Under the pieces are notes generated by a model. The model was not told where the DNA came from. It did not search any database and worked only from the letters and a program-made list of their open reading frames with translations. DNA of 64,000 nt from an uncultured Candidatus Binatia bacterium. Its GTDB lineage: Bacteria > Desulfobacterota > Binatia > UBA9968 > JAJDTQ01. Positions 37,663 through 49,390 of the stretch are shown here, piece by piece; position 1 is the stretch's first letter, and each line of letters begins with the position of its first letter. The stretch spans positions 2,176,001 through 2,240,000 of the forward strand of contig OZ243916.1 of NCBI GenBank assembly GCA_965213675.1, given 5' to 3'. A program made the position numbers and the translations under genes.

Positions 37663-38897
37663 GCCCTCACCTTGCTCATGCCCTCGCTGTCTTCGATCAG
37701 CGAAGCGTGCAGCGCATCCACGGCCCTGTGACTGTCCGCCTCGTTCACCACCACCGACACCTTGATCTCAGAGGTCGAAATCATCTCGATGTTGATGGAC
37801 TGGTCGGCCAGCGCCTTGAACATTTTCGCCGCCACGCCCGCGTTGGTTCGCACACCCACGCCCACCACCGACACCTTGGCCACGCGGGTGTCGGCGGCCA
37901 CTCCCTTAGCTTGGATCAAGGAGGCGGTTTTTTCAATCAATTCCATGGCCTTGGGATGGTCCTTCCTGGGCACGGTGAAGGTGACGTCCGTCGTGCCGTC
38001 CTCGCTGGCGTTCTGGATGATCATGTCCACGACGATGTTGGCGTCCGCGATGGGACCGAAGATCTGGGCCGCGAGGCCGGCACGGTCCGGCACGCCGCGG
38101 ATGGTGATCTTGGCTTCGTCGTTGTCACAGGTCACTGCCGAAACCAGAACCGAATCCATCTGTTCTTCCTCCTCGACCAGCCAGGTGCCGTCCACATCGC
38201 TGAAACTCGAGCGCAGGTGGACCGGGACGCCGAAGTTCTTCGCCGTCTCCACCGAACGGATCTGCAGCACGCGGGCGCCCATGCTGGCCATCTCCAGCAT
38301 CTCGTCGCAGGTGATGCGCTCCAGCTTCCGCGCGCGCGGGCACACAAAGGGATCGGCGGTATAGATCCCGTCCACGTCCGTGTAGATCTCGCACACCGCC
38401 GCGTTCAGGGCCGCGGCCATGGCCACGGCGCTCGTGTCCGAGCCGCCGCGCCCCAGGGTGGTGATGTTGTCGTCCTCGTCCACCCCCTGAAAACCCGCCA
38501 CCACCACCACTTCGTTGTGCTTGAGCGACTCCAGCACACGGGTGGCGTCGATGCTCTTGATGCGCGCGCGGCCGTACACGCTGTCGGTGGCGATGCGCAC
38601 CTGGTGCCCGAGAAACGAGCGCGCCGGCTGCCCCAGCTCCTTGAGCGCCAGCGCCAGCAGCGCGCACGACACCTGCTCGCCCGACGCCAGGAGCACGTCG
38701 ATCTCCCGGTCGTCCACGTGCGCCGAGACCTGGTTGGCCAGGTTCAGCAGGCGGTTGGTCTCGCCGGACATGGCCGACACCACCACCACCACGTCGTTCC
38801 CGGCTTCGCGGGTGGCCGCCACGCGCCTGGCGACGTTGCGGATGCGTTCCACCATGCCGACGGAGGTGCCGCCGTATTTCTGCACGATCAGTGCCAT
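37659..38897 (-). CDS. lysC: Aspartate kinase
   Basis: [22 protein letters not shown], two ACT domains. Confidence 0.96.
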   Translation of the reverse strand: MALIVQKYGGTSVGMVERIRNVARRVAATREAGNDVVVVVSAMSGETNRLLNLANQVSAHVDDREIDVLLASGEQVSCALLALALKELGQPARSFLGHQVRIATDSVYGRARIKSIDATRVLESLKHNEVVVVAGFQGVDEDDNITTLGRGGSDTSAVAMAAALNAAVCEIYTDVDGIYTADPFVCPRARKLERITCDEMLEMASMGARVLQIRSVETAKNFGVPVHLRSSFSDVDGTWLVEEEEQMDSVLVSAVTCDNDEAKITIRGVPDRAGLAAQIFGPIADANIVVDMIIQNASEDGTTDVTFTVPRKDHPKAMELIEKTASLIQAKGVAADTRVAKVSVVGVGVRTNAGVAAKMFKALADQSINIEMISTSEIKVSVVVNEADSHRAVDALHASLIEDSEGMSKVRA

Positions 38898-39023
38898 CGT
38901 TCCCGTATCTGTTGGCGCATGTTCATCCCGGGAGGACGCGCTTCCGCCTCTCCATCTGGGGGCGGCGCGCCCTGCGGCTTCGCTCAGCCGAGCGCCCGCG
39001 AAGCGAAGTCGCAGGAGCCCTCT

Positions 39024-39503
39024 TCAACCGGCCCGCCGCAACGCGGCTATCAGGTCCTCGTAGCGCCGGCCGCGCGCGGCGAAGCGCAGTTCCCGGCGAT
39101 CCTCGTCCACGTAGCGGAAGGCGACGGCGAGGAACTCGTCCACGCCCACCGCGTCCAGGCGCTCGAACCATTCGATGACGCAGACGCTGCCGGAGGCGAA
39201 GTATTCCTCCAGATGCAAGTCCTCCATTTCCGCGCCCTGGGCCACGCGGAACAGGTCCATGTGGACCAGCGGCACACGGCCCTGGTATTCGTTGATGAGC
39301 GTGAAGGTGGGGCTTCGCACCCAACTGTTCCCTCCCACCTCAAGCCCTTCGGCGAGTCCGTGAACGAAGCATGTCTTGCCGCTGCCGAGGTCGCCCGTGA
39401 GGCCCAGGATCTCGCCCCCGGCCATCCAGCCGCCGAGCGTCCGTCCCAGCGCCCGGGTGGCCTCTTGCGAGCCCGTCGTGATCTGAAAGCCGCTGTCGTT
39501 CAT
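39024..39503 (-). CDS. tsaE: tRNA threonylcarbamoyladenosine ATPase
   Basis: GDLGSGKT, SPTFTL, HMDLFR, IEW; start MNDSG overlaps the nnr stop. Confidence 0.95.
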   Translation of the reverse strand: MNDSGFQITTGSQEATRALGRTLGGWMAGGEILGLTGDLGSGKTCFVHGLAEGLEVGGNSWVRSPTFTLINEYQGRVPLVHMDLFRVAQGAEMEDLHLEEYFASGSVCVIEWFERLDAVGVDEFLAVAFRYVDEDRRELRFAARGRRYEDLIAALRRAG

Positions 39504-41068
39504 CCCTGCACCAGATCCCGGATCTGCATCAGTTCCTTGATGGTGGGCGGCAGCTCTTCGACGAGGTCCGACGCGATCAGCCCCACGTCGCCGCGTTGGT
39601 CCGCCACGCGGTCGCCGGCGCGGCCATGGAGATATACGCCCAGGCGCATGGCGTCCTCCGGGCTCAAGCCCTGCGCCAGGAGCCCGGCGATGATGCCCGC
39701 CAGGACGTCGCCCATGCCCCCCGTGGCCATGCCGGCATTGCCCGTGGGGTTGATGGAGACCCGGCCCTCGGGCGTGGCCACGACCGTGCGCGCGCCCTTG
39801 AGCACCAGGTAGCAGCGGTGCTCCGCGGCGAACGCCCGGGCGATGCCGATACGGTCGGCGTTGACCGCCGCGGCGTCCATGCCGGCGAGCCGGCCCATCT
39901 CGCCGGGGTGCGGCGTCAGCACCGGCGGGACGCGCGCGCCGCGCAGCCGGCTTGTGTCCGCGGCCAGATTGTTGAGCCCGTCGGCGTCGATGAGCCACGG
40001 CAGGTGGCAGTGCTCCAACAGCGTCTCCAGCGTACGGCGCGCGCCTTCGGAGACGCCGACGCCAGGCCCGAAGAGGACGGCATTCCTGCGCTCCGCCAGA
40101 CCTGCCCAATCGGCCGCCGCAAGCGCCGGCCACTGCTCGGCGCCGGGCTCTCCCAAGGCCTCGGTCATGGGTTCCACCAGCGCACCGGCGAGGATGTCCG
40201 CCAAACCGCGCGGCGTGGCCAGGGTCACCAGCCCGGTACCCATGCGCATGGCGCCGCGGCCACAGAGCACCGCCGCGCCGGTCTTGCCGCGGGAGCCGGC
40301 CATCACCAGCAGGTGACCATGGCTGCCCTTGTGGGAGTCTTCCGGCCGGCGCGGCAGGAGCCACACCAATTCAGTGGAATCCAGCAGTTCCGCGGACGGG
40401 GCCACGTCGGCCACGGCCTGGTCCCAAAGGCCGATGTCCGCCACCACCAAGTCGCCGCAATAGGTGACCCCGGGGTAGACCACCTGGCCGGTCTTGGGGT
40501 AGCCGAAAGTCACCGTCACGTCGGCCTGGATGGTCGCGCCCAAGGCGCCGCCCTTGTCGGCATCCAGCCCGGACGGGCTGTCCACCGCGATGATGGGCAG
40601 GCCCGAGACGTTCATGAGCTCCACCACCTCGGCCAGGAACCCCTCCACCGGCGCGCGCAGACCCGTGCCCAGAAGAGCATCCACCAAGAGTCCCTTGTCC
40701 GCGAAACGGTCGCGAAGCGGGTCGAGGTCGCCGCGAGGCATTTCCGTGAACCGTCCCCCCGCGGTGCGGTAGCGCTGGAGATTCGTGGCCGCGTCCGGGG
40801 ACAACTCGGCGGCCCGCGCCACGCACACCACCTCGCACGGGAACTCCCGCTGGTGCAGCAAGCGAGCTACGACCAGCCCGTCGCCACCGTTGTTGCCCTT
40901 GCCCGCCACCACCAGCACGCCGCGCTTGGCCAGTTGGGTCCAGCGCTGGAGGATCACGTCCACCACGCCCTGTCCGGCGCGTTCCATGAGCCGCAGGCTG
41001 GGGACGCCGTGGGCCTGAATGGTGAGTTGGTCCATGCGGCGCATCTCCGCCGCGGTCACCACGTGCAT
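39500..41068 (-). CDS. nnr: Bifunctional NAD(P)HX epimerase/dehydratase
   Basis: GKGNNGGDG, DALLGTG, HKGSHG, DADGLN, TPHPGEM, GGMGDVL. Confidence 0.95.
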   Translation of the reverse strand: MHVVTAAEMRRMDQLTIQAHGVPSLRLMERAGQGVVDVILQRWTQLAKRGVLVVAGKGNNGGDGLVVARLLHQREFPCEVVCVARAAELSPDAATNLQRYRTAGGRFTEMPRGDLDPLRDRFADKGLLVDALLGTGLRAPVEGFLAEVVELMNVSGLPIIAVDSPSGLDADKGGALGATIQADVTVTFGYPKTGQVVYPGVTYCGDLVVADIGLWDQAVADVAPSAELLDSTELVWLLPRRPEDSHKGSHGHLLVMAGSRGKTGAAVLCGRGAMRMGTGLVTLATPRGLADILAGALVEPMTEALGEPGAEQWPALAAADWAGLAERRNAVLFGPGVGVSEGARRTLETLLEHCHLPWLIDADGLNNLAADTSRLRGARVPPVLTPHPGEMGRLAGMDAAAVNADRIGIARAFAAEHRCYLVLKGARTVVATPEGRVSINPTGNAGMATGGMGDVLAGIIAGLLAQGLSPEDAMRLGVYLHGRAGDRVADQRGDVGLIASDLVEELPPTIKELMQIRDLVQG

Positions 41069-41071
41069 GAG

Positions 41072-41803
41072 TCAGTCACCCGCCGTTTCCGCCCGCGCAA
41101 TGAGGGCTTTCATTTCCCGCACCGCCTCGACCATCCCCACCATGATGGCCCGCGCGACAATGCTGTGTCCGATGTTGAGCTCCGTGATCTCCGCGATGGC
41201 GGCGATGGGAGCTACGTTGTGCGTGTTGAGGCCGTGGCCGCCGTGGACCTCCAGGCCGAGGCGGGCCGCCAGCGCGGCGGCTCGGCGCACGGCCTCAAGC
41301 TCGCGCTCCGCCCGGTCCGCGGCAGCGTCGCAGTACGTCCCCGTGTGCAGTTCCACGGCATCCGCGCCCAACTCCCGACTGGCTTCGATCTGCCGTGGAT
41401 CGGGGTCCACGAAGAGGCTCACCCGAATGCCGGCGCCGCGCAACCGCGCCACCACCCCTCGCAGCGGCTGGGCGAAGGCGACCACGTCGAGGCCGCCCTC
41501 GGTGGTCAACTCCTCGCGCCGCTCCGGCACCAGGCAGGCGTCGTGTGGCCCCAGGGCCAGCGCGTGCCGCGTCATCTCCTCGGTTCCCGCCATCTCCAGA
41601 TTAAGGCGCGTGCCCAGCCGTTCCCGCAGCCGGGCCACGTCGCGCTCCTGAATATGCCGGCGGTCCTCGCGCAGGTGCACGGTGATCAGGTCGGCGCCGC
41701 CACGCTCGGCGAGGAGCGCCGCCTCCACCGGATCCGGGATGTCGATCCTCCGCGCCTGGCGCACGGTGGCCACGTGGTCCACGTTGATTCCAAGACGGAT
41801 CAT
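41072..41803 (-). CDS. pdxJ: Pyridoxine 5'-phosphate synthase
   Basis: [24 protein letters not shown]. Confidence 0.97.
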   Translation of the reverse strand: MIRLGINVDHVATVRQARRIDIPDPVEAALLAERGGADLITVHLREDRRHIQERDVARLRERLGTRLNLEMAGTEEMTRHALALGPHDACLVPERREELTTEGGLDVVAFAQPLRGVVARLRGAGIRVSLFVDPDPRQIEASRELGADAVELHTGTYCDAAADRAERELEAVRRAAALAARLGLEVHGGHGLNTHNVAPIAAIAEITELNIGHSIVARAIMVGMVEAVREMKALIARAETAGD

Positions 41804-41867
41804 GCTGAAGCCTCTCGCTCTACATGGAGCCCTTCGACCTCGCGCCGCCGCGTCGCGTTCCTGGCCA

Positions 41868-43298
41868 TCAACCCGACCGATTGCTGGAATGGATCGCGTC
41901 GGCGATGCCCCGCGCCAGCCGCCTGATCTCTTCTTCCGACTCGCCCTCGATCATCACCCGGGCCAACGGCTCGGTGCCGGAATAGCGCACGAGCACGCGG
42001 CCGCGGCCGTCGAGGCGGGTCTCGCTCTCGCTGATGCGCGCCTGCACCTGGTCCAGCTCGGCAAGCGGGCGTTTCTCGCGTACCGGTACGTTGACGACCA
42101 CCTGCGGCAGCTTGCCCATGATCCGGCGCAACTCGCTCAGGGGCTTCTCCTGCTCGACCATGAGGGCCAGCACCTGGAGCGCGGTGAGGCAGCCGTCGCC
42201 GGTGGTGTTGTGGTCCAGGAACACCAGGTGGCCCGACTGCTCGCCGCCCAGGTTGTGGCCGCCGCGGCGCATCTCCTCCACCACGTAGCGGTCGCCGATG
42301 CCGGTGCGCACCACTTCGATGCCGTGCCCGCGCAACGCCACGTCGAGACCCATGTTGCTCATCACCGTCGCCACCACCGTCGCCGTGGGGAGCCGACCGG
42401 CGCGCTTCAGCGCGATGGCGCACATGGCCAGCACCTCGTCGCCGTCCACCAGTTCGCCCTGGTCGTCGATGAACAGTGCCCGGTCCGCGTCGCCGTCAAG
42501 GCACACGGCCAAGTCCGCGCCCTGGGCCAGCAATGCCTCGCGGGCGGTCTCCGGGTACACCGAACCGCACTCCCGGTTGATGTTGGCGCCGTCGGGGTCC
42601 ACCGCCACCGGAACCACCTCGGCGCCCAGTTCCGCCAGCACTTCCGGCGCCACGCGGTACGCGGCGCCGTTGGCGCAGTCCACGACGATCTTGAGGCCCT
42701 CCAGGGTCAGGCGCGCCGGAAACGTGCCCTTGAGGAAGTCCACGGTCCTGCCCAGGGCATCGGCGACGCGGAACGCCTTGCCGATGTCGGTGGCCGCGGG
42801 ACGCTGCGCGCCGGCGTCACCTTCCCACACCAGCGCCTCCATGCGCCGTTCCCACGCGTCCGGCAGCTTGAAACCCTCCCGGGAGAAAAACTTGATGCCA
42901 TTGTCCTGGTACGGGTTATGTGACGCCGAGATCACCACGCCGGCGTCGGCGCGCATGCTCCGGGTCAGGAAGGCCACGCCCGGCGTCGGCAGCGGACCCA
43001 CCAGCAGAACGTCCGCCCCCATGGAACAGATGCCGGAGGCCAGAGCGGTCTCGAACATGTAACCCGACAGGCGCGTGTCCTTGCCGATGAGGATGCGCCG
43101 CCGGCGCGTGCGCTTCCGCCCCAGGGCGCCGCGCGCTTCCGCGCCACCCCCGTGACCGCCGACCACGTGGGCCACGGCCCGGCCCAGCTTCAGCGCCGTC
43201 TCCGCGGTCATGGGCTCCTGATTGGCGACGCCGCGGATGCCGTCGGTACCGAACAGACGCCGACGGCCCGAGGCTCCTTGTGATCTGTCCGTGGTCAC
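41868..43298 (-). CDS. glmM: Phosphoglucosamine mutase
   Basis: [34 protein letters not shown]. Confidence 0.96.
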   Translation of the reverse strand: MTTDRSQGASGRRRLFGTDGIRGVANQEPMTAETALKLGRAVAHVVGGHGGGAEARGALGRKRTRRRRILIGKDTRLSGYMFETALASGICSMGADVLLVGPLPTPGVAFLTRSMRADAGVVISASHNPYQDNGIKFFSREGFKLPDAWERRMEALVWEGDAGAQRPAATDIGKAFRVADALGRTVDFLKGTFPARLTLEGLKIVVDCANGAAYRVAPEVLAELGAEVVPVAVDPDGANINRECGSVYPETAREALLAQGADLAVCLDGDADRALFIDDQGELVDGDEVLAMCAIALKRAGRLPTATVVATVMSNMGLDVALRGHGIEVVRTGIGDRYVVEEMRRGGHNLGGEQSGHLVFLDHNTTGDGCLTALQVLALMVEQEKPLSELRRIMGKLPQVVVNVPVREKRPLAELDQVQARISESETRLDGRGRVLVRYSGTEPLARVMIEGESEEEIRRLARGIADAIHSSNRSG

Positions 43299-43329
43299 CA
43301 AACCCCTTCGGAAGAACAACCGATCCGGC

Positions 43330-44256
43330 TCACTCGCGTGAAGTCTCCGGCGCGCCCGCGCGGATGGCCTCCGCCACGCGAACGGCCCGGCACGTCTCCG
43401 CGACGTCGTGGGCGCGGATGATGTGGGCGCCGGCCAGCACCGCCGCGGTCGCCCCGGCCAGGCTCCCCTCCAGGCGCGCGTCCGGCATGCCCTCGTCCAG
43501 CAGGCGCCCGAGAAACGCCTTGCGGGAAAGCCCCACCAGCACCGGCCGTCCCAGGGCCACCAAGGCGTCCAGGCGCCGCAGCAACTCCAGGTTGTGGCCC
43601 ATGTCCTTGCCGAAGCCGATGCCGGGGTCCACCACGAGGCGGTGCGGGCGCACGCCGCGCTCCCGGGCGAAGGACACGCGTTCCCGGAGGAAGGCGGCCA
43701 CCTCCCACACGACGTCGGCGTAATGTGGCGCGCGCTGCATGGTGCGGGGCCGGCCCTGCATGTGCATGAGCACCACGGGAACGTCCTCGGCCGCCGCCAG
43801 GCCCGCCATGGCGGGGTCGAACCGAAGGGCGCTGATGTCGTTGATCATGTCCGCGCCGGCATCCAGTGCCCGCCGGGCCACTTCCGCCTTGGACGTGTCG
43901 ATGCTGATGGGCACGGGGACCCGCGCGCGCAATCCGCGAATCACCGGGATCACCCGCTCCAGTTCTTCTTCCACCGGGACCGGGGCCGCGCCTGGACGCG
44001 TCGATTCTCCGCCCACGTCCACGATGCCCGCGCCCTCGCGCACCATCTGAACGCCGTGGGCCAATGCAGCGTCCACGTCCGCGTACCGGCCGCCGTCGGA
44101 AAAGGAGTCCGGGGTCCTGTTCAGGATCCCCATCACCGCCGTGCGCCGGCGCAGGTCCAGCACGCCGTGGCGTGTCGCCAGTACGGGAACCATCTCCGTG
44201 CCCATGTCGCCGGACGCCGGAGCCTCGGGGATGACATGTGCGGGCGTCAGTGCCAT
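43330..44256 (-). CDS. folP: Dihydropteroate synthase (start uncertain)
   Basis: [34 protein letters not shown]. Confidence 0.95.
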   Translation of the reverse strand: MALTPAHVIPEAPASGDMGTEMVPVLATRHGVLDLRRRTAVMGILNRTPDSFSDGGRYADVDAALAHGVQMVREGAGIVDVGGESTRPGAAPVPVEEELERVIPVIRGLRARVPVPISIDTSKAEVARRALDAGADMINDISALRFDPAMAGLAAAEDVPVVLMHMQGRPRTMQRAPHYADVVWEVAAFLRERVSFARERGVRPHRLVVDPGIGFGKDMGHNLELLRRLDALVALGRPVLVGLSRKAFLGRLLDEGMPDARLEGSLAGATAAVLAGAHIIRAHDVAETCRAVRVAEAIRAGAPETSRE

Positions 44257-44350
44257 TTCGTGGTCGGGTTTTCGGGTCGGGTGCAGGCTCGGACACACCC
44301 TTTCCGTGGAGTTTGCGCGGAACTGGACTGTGTCGGGGACGCCGGTCGGG

Positions 44351-46189
44351 TCAGTTGCCGGCGGGAACGAACGTCGGGGGCTGGTCGAGACCGCTGTCTC
44401 CCATGTATTCGTTGACGATGGCGTCGATCTCGGCGCCGTCCAGCACTTCCTTCTCCAGCAACTCCTTGGCGACGCGGTGCAGCAGATCCAGATGCGTGGT
44501 CAGGAGATGCTTCGCCCGGCAGTAACATTCCTGGATGATGCGCCGGATCTCCATGTCGATCTCCACGGCGGTACTCTCGGAGTAGTCCTGCTGCTGGGTG
44601 AAGTCGCGCCCGAGAAAGATCTGCTCTTCCTTTTTGCCGAAGGTCATGGGTCCGAGCTTCTCGCTCATGCCCCACTCGCACACCATGCGGTGCGCCAGCT
44701 CGGTGGCGCGCTCGATGTCGTTACCGGCGCCGGTGGTCATGTGATCGAGGATCAGTTCCTCGGCCACGCGTCCGCCGAAGAGGATGGTCATGCTGCTGAG
44801 CAGGTGGTCCTTGTCCTGGCTGTGGCGCTCGTCCACGGGAAGCTGTTGGGTGAGGCCCAGGGCCATGCCCCGGGGGATGATGGTCACCTTGTGCACCGGG
44901 TCGGCGCCCGGCAGCAGCTTCGCCACCAGCGCGTGGCCGGACTCGTGATAGGCGGTGTTGCGCTTCTCCTCGTCGCTGATGATCATGCTCCTGCGCTCGG
45001 TCCCCATCATGACCTTGTCCTTGGCCAGTTCAAAGTCACTCATGTTGACCTTTTCCTTGTCGTGCCGCGCCGCCAGTAGCGCCGCCTCGTTGACAAGGTT
45101 CTCCAGGTCCGCGCCGGCGAAGCCGGGCGTCCCGCGCGCGAGCACGCGGATGTCCACGTCGGTTTCCAGCGGCACCCGGCGCGCATGCACCGCCAGAATG
45201 CCCTCGCGTCCCTTGATGTCCGGCGGCGGCACCACCACCCGCCGGTCGAACCGGCCGGGCCGCAGCAACGCGGGATCGAGCACGTCCGGGCGGTTGGTGG
45301 CGGCGATGAGGATCACGCCGTCGTTGGCCTCGAAGCCGTCCATCTCCACCAGCAACTGGTTGAGGGTCTGCTCGCGCTCGTCGTGCCCACCGCCGAGACC
45401 GGCGCCGCGCTGGCGTCCGACGGCGTCGATCTCGTCCACGAAGACGATGCACGGCGCCTGCTTCTTGGCCTGGACGAACAGGTCGCGCACCCGCGACGCG
45501 CCCACGCCGACGAACATCTCGACGAAATCCGATCCGCTGATGCTGAAGAAGGGCACACCCGCCTCACCGGCGATGGCCCGCGCCAGGAGCGTCTTGCCCG
45601 TGCCCGGCGGCCCCACCAGCAGACAGCCCTTGGGGATGCGCCCCCCCAGGCGCGTGAACTTCTTCGGGTCCTTGAGAAAGGCGATGACTTCCTGCAACTC
45701 GTCCTTGGCCTCGTCCACCCCGGCCACGTCACTGAAAGTCACCCGCGCCTGGTTCTCGTTCAAGAGGCGCGCGCGGCTCTTGCCGAAGGACATGGCCTTG
45801 CCGCCGCCCACCTGCATCTGCCGCATGAAGAAGATCCATACGCCGATGAGCAGGAGCATGGGGAACCAGTTCAACAGCAGCACCAGGTACCAGGGAGAAT
45901 CGTCCTCGGGCTTGGCGGCGATGCGGACATGCTTCTCCCGCAGCGTCTTCACCAACTCCGGGTCGTCGGGCGAAAACGTGCGGAAACGGTCTCCGTTCTT
46001 CAGCTTTCCCTGGACGTGCTGACCCTGAATGACGACTTCCTCGACATCGTCGCTTTGCACGGCGGACCAGAATTCACTGAACACCATCTCGGGATCGCGC
46101 CCCTGCTGCCGCGTGAAAACGTTGAAGAGCAGCAGGAACATCAGCCCGAGCACGAGCCAAAGAGCAAGGTTTTTCGTCGCTTGGTTCAA
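44351..46189 (-). CDS. ftsH: ATP-dependent zinc metalloprotease FtsH
   Basis: Two TM helices, [11 protein letters not shown] region, HESGH. Confidence 0.98.
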   Translation of the reverse strand: MNQATKNLALWLVLGLMFLLLFNVFTRQQGRDPEMVFSEFWSAVQSDDVEEVVIQGQHVQGKLKNGDRFRTFSPDDPELVKTLREKHVRIAAKPEDDSPWYLVLLLNWFPMLLLIGVWIFFMRQMQVGGGKAMSFGKSRARLLNENQARVTFSDVAGVDEAKDELQEVIAFLKDPKKFTRLGGRIPKGCLLVGPPGTGKTLLARAIAGEAGVPFFSISGSDFVEMFVGVGASRVRDLFVQAKKQAPCIVFVDEIDAVGRQRGAGLGGGHDEREQTLNQLLVEMDGFEANDGVILIAATNRPDVLDPALLRPGRFDRRVVVPPPDIKGREGILAVHARRVPLETDVDIRVLARGTPGFAGADLENLVNEAALLAARHDKEKVNMSDFELAKDKVMMGTERRSMIISDEEKRNTAYHESGHALVAKLLPGADPVHKVTIIPRGMALGLTQQLPVDERHSQDKDHLLSSMTILFGGRVAEELILDHMTTGAGNDIERATELAHRMVCEWGMSEKLGPMTFGKKEEQIFLGRDFTQQQDYSESTAVEIDMEIRRIIQECYCRAKHLLTTHLDLLHRVAKELLEKEVLDGAEIDAIVNEYMGDSGLDQPPTFVPAGN

Positions 46190-46271
46190 AGAGGGTTTCT
46201 CCAGCCAATCGCGCCCTGATGCGGCCTGTTCTCAGCGCAGAAATCAGAGTTAACATACAGGTACGGCTTCT

Positions 46272-47810
46272 TCAACAAGAACGCGGAGCGGCCCGGTCTC
46301 CCGCAGGCAACGGGAGGACCTTGATGCGCCACGCCGCGCGGCTGTCGGGCTCCAGCCTGGCGAAGTCGCCGCGCGCGCATCCGGGAATCCACACGATCTC
46401 CTCCCCGGCCAGCAACAACGGCAAGGTACGGCGATGGGAACGTGGCAGCTTCTTTTCGATGAACAGGTCCTTGAGCTTCTTGCGGCCCACCATGCCCAGG
46501 GGCCGGAAGCGGTCGCCGGGGCGGAAGTTGCGCACCCGGAGCGTGCCCGGGATCCGTTCCACGACGCGGAGGTCGAAGGCGGCCTCGAAGGGGCTTTCCG
46601 GGAGCTCCACGCTGTCCGAGCGCCATGTGGTGACCTTCACACCGGCCTGGGGCAGGAGGAGTTCGCCCTCGAGGGACAGGGGATGTGAGACATCTTCGCG
46701 TTCGCGCCTCTTGACCAGGCGTGTGTCCGCAACGCGGGAGACCAGCCGGACCCATTCGTACTCCCGCACCACGGTCCAGCCGCCAGGGAGGGAGACGCGG
46801 GCGTGGGGACGGGTACCGGCGATGAGGTTCAGGACGGCTTCGACATGCGCGTGGCCGGTACGCCGAAGCGTCCCCAGGACGCGGCCGAGCCAGAACCGCA
46901 CCAGCCGCGGGCGCAGCTCGGGCTCGATCCCGAGGAACGCGGCCCGGTCCAGCACATCCTCGCGGCTGACCCGCGGGTAGGCATTGGCGACCCACCGCTC
47001 CAGCAGGACGTTGTCGGAACGCAGCAGCCCGCCCAAGCGGGCAAGGCGGTCCTCGAGCCCACCTCCCGCCCGCGCCCGCAACTCCGGCAGCAGGCTCCCG
47101 CGGATCCAGTTCCGCAGGAAGCGGGGGTCGCGGTTGGTGGGGTCCTCCCGGTACGCGAGCTTCCGGCGCGCCAGATAGGCCAGAATCTCGTTGCGGGGAA
47201 CCTCCAGCAAGGGACGGATCAGCCACGGACCCCTTGCGCCGGCCGCGTCCCGATCCAGCGGCCGCGCCGCGGGCATGCCCGCAAGCCCTTCGGGTCCGCA
47301 GCCCCGGAGCAGCCACATCAGCATGGTCTCCACCTGATCGCCGCGGTTGTGTCCCACAGCGACCTTGCCGAGGCGGCGCTCCGCCGCCACCCGCGCGAAG
47401 AAGCGGTAGCGTTGCGCGCGCGCGCGGGCCTCCAGGTTTCCTGCGCGTCCCTGTCCCGCTCGGGCTTCCCGGTCTCCGGCGCGCGCTTCAGGGGCATCGG
47501 CGGCACCCGGGTTGTCCGCTTCGGGGTATTCGGCGCCCGGCAAGTCCAGGTGAGTGAGATGAAACGGCAGCGACAGGCCCTCCGCCATGCGCCGGACGAA
47601 CACCGCGTCCTGCCGGCTCTCGGCCCCGCGAATACCGTGCTCCACGTGGGCGACTTCCAGGGAGAGTGCAAGGGCCGGGGCCAGTTCCGTCAGAACGTGG
47701 AGCAGCGCCACGGAGTCCGGTCCGCCGGAAACGCCCACGAGCACCGCGTCGCCAGGGGCCAGGATGTCCTCCCTGAGCAAGGTCTGCATGAGTTTCTGGT
47801 CATGTTCCAT
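46272..47810 (-). CDS. tilS: tRNA(Ile)-lysidine synthase
   Basis: SGGPDS, HNRGDQVET, RPLL, EDPTN, RNWIR, KKLKDLFIE. Confidence 0.95.
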   Translation of the reverse strand: MEHDQKLMQTLLREDILAPGDAVLVGVSGGPDSVALLHVLTELAPALALSLEVAHVEHGIRGAESRQDAVFVRRMAEGLSLPFHLTHLDLPGAEYPEADNPGAADAPEARAGDREARAGQGRAGNLEARARAQRYRFFARVAAERRLGKVAVGHNRGDQVETMLMWLLRGCGPEGLAGMPAARPLDRDAAGARGPWLIRPLLEVPRNEILAYLARRKLAYREDPTNRDPRFLRNWIRGSLLPELRARAGGGLEDRLARLGGLLRSDNVLLERWVANAYPRVSREDVLDRAAFLGIEPELRPRLVRFWLGRVLGTLRRTGHAHVEAVLNLIAGTRPHARVSLPGGWTVVREYEWVRLVSRVADTRLVKRREREDVSHPLSLEGELLLPQAGVKVTTWRSDSVELPESPFEAAFDLRVVERIPGTLRVRNFRPGDRFRPLGMVGRKKLKDLFIEKKLPRSHRRTLPLLLAGEEIVWIPGCARGDFARLEPDSRAAWRIKVLPLPAGDRAAPRSC

Positions 47811-47959
47811 TCAGGCGAGGCGGACGCAGGACAGTGTTGTGTTGATGGCAGGGTAAGCGGTTGTTATAGCGTACCGTGACCGGCCGCTTGGCAGAATACA
47901 CCGCACCCGGCATTGCTCACAACCGAGCCGTCTCCCGAACAACCCACAGGAGCATGCGC

Positions 47960-49132
47960 ATGGCCTCACCGCTCAATCCGCCCCGGAGAATCCTTCTCGG
48001 ACCCGGCCCCAGCAACCCGCATCCCAGCGTGCTGGAGGCGCTGTCGGCTCCGGTCGTGGGCCACCTGGATCCGGAGTTCTTCAAGATCATGGAAGAGAAC
48101 AAGGCCATGCTGCGCTGGTTGTTCCACACCGGGAACGAACTGACCTTTCCGGTGTCGGGCACCGGCAGCGCGGGCATGGAGGCGTGCCTCGCGAACCTCG
48201 TTGAGGAAGGCGACACGGTGCTGGTGTGCGTGAACGGCGTCTTCGGCACGCGCATGGCCGACATCGTGGAGCGCCTCGGCGGGAACCTCGTCAAGGTCGA
48301 GGCAACCTGGGGCGAGATCATCCAGCCGGAACAGGTGGAACTGGCCCTGAAGGAGCACAAGGTCGATATCGTTACCTTGGTGCACGCCGAGACATCCACC
48401 GGCGTGTGGCAGCCGGTGGAAGAGATCTCGCGACTCGCCCATGACGCCGGCGCCCTGCTGGTGCTGGACACGGTGACCTCGCTGGGGGGTTGCCCGGTGA
48501 CCCTGGACGCCTGGAACGTGGACGCCGCCTACAGCGGCACGCAGAAGTGCCTGAGCTGCCCGCCCGGCCTGTCGCCGGTATCATTTGGTCCGGCGGCGCG
48601 GGACAAGCTGGCGCGGCGCAAGGGCAAGGTCAAGAGCTGGTACCTGGACTTCACCATGATCCAGCGGTACTGGGGCGAAGAGCGGGTCTATCACCACACC
48701 GCTCCCATCTCCATGAACTACGGCCTTCACGCCGCCCTGAGCGAGATCGAGCGCGAAGGCCTGGAAGCCCGTTTCGCCCGCCACCAACAGAACCACCGCG
48801 CCCTGGTCGCCGGCCTGGAGGTCCTCGGCATCCCCCTGGCCTCCCAGGAAGGCCACCGCCTGTGGATGCTCAACAGCGTCAAGATTCCCGAGGGCGTCAA
48901 CGACGGCGCCATCCGCAAGCGCCTGCTGCTGGATTTCAACATCGAGATCGGCGGCGGACTCGGCGCCCTGGCCGGCAAGACCTGGCGCATCGGACTCATG
49001 GGCGAGTCGAGCAAGAAGGAGAACGTGACGGCCCTGGTCGAAGCACTGGGGCGGATCCTCCGGGAAGAGGGCGCGGATGTGAGGCTGGAGGATGCAATGG
49101 AGGCCATCGAGAAGGTGTACGGCGGCGGGTAA
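47960..49132 (+). CDS. Class V aminotransferase (alanine/serine-glyoxylate, PucG-like)
   Basis: LLGPGP, HAETSTG, SGTQKCL, YHHTAP, WRIGLMG. Confidence 0.92.
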   Translation: MASPLNPPRRILLGPGPSNPHPSVLEALSAPVVGHLDPEFFKIMEENKAMLRWLFHTGNELTFPVSGTGSAGMEACLANLVEEGDTVLVCVNGVFGTRMADIVERLGGNLVKVEATWGEIIQPEQVELALKEHKVDIVTLVHAETSTGVWQPVEEISRLAHDAGALLVLDTVTSLGGCPVTLDAWNVDAAYSGTQKCLSCPPGLSPVSFGPAARDKLARRKGKVKSWYLDFTMIQRYWGEERVYHHTAPISMNYGLHAALSEIEREGLEARFARHQQNHRALVAGLEVLGIPLASQEGHRLWMLNSVKIPEGVNDGAIRKRLLLDFNIEIGGGLGALAGKTWRIGLMGESSKKENVTALVEALGRILREEGADVRLEDAMEAIEKVYGGG

Positions 49133-49390
49133 GGACCCCGTTCTCGCCGCAACTGGACGCCGCGCGGAGCGACGGTCCTCTGCCAACAAAGTCCAGTAGC
49201 CTCGGGTTTCCCGGCCAAGCACGATACGACCGCCACTACGAAGCCACCAAGCCAACGGTGGTGGCTGGCAGACACTTAGAGTCCTTCCTGTCATACGTGG
49301 ACTAGCGGCGCTCAACGTGCAATTCTTTACCCAGATCATGGGCGCCGGCAACGCGGCGCAGTGACGCGCAATGAACGGACGGGGGACGAA

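Noticed and set aside
49133-49360. Possible riboswitch or ncRNA before the Rieske cluster
   Set aside because: No recognisable aptamer consensus or convincing long stem.
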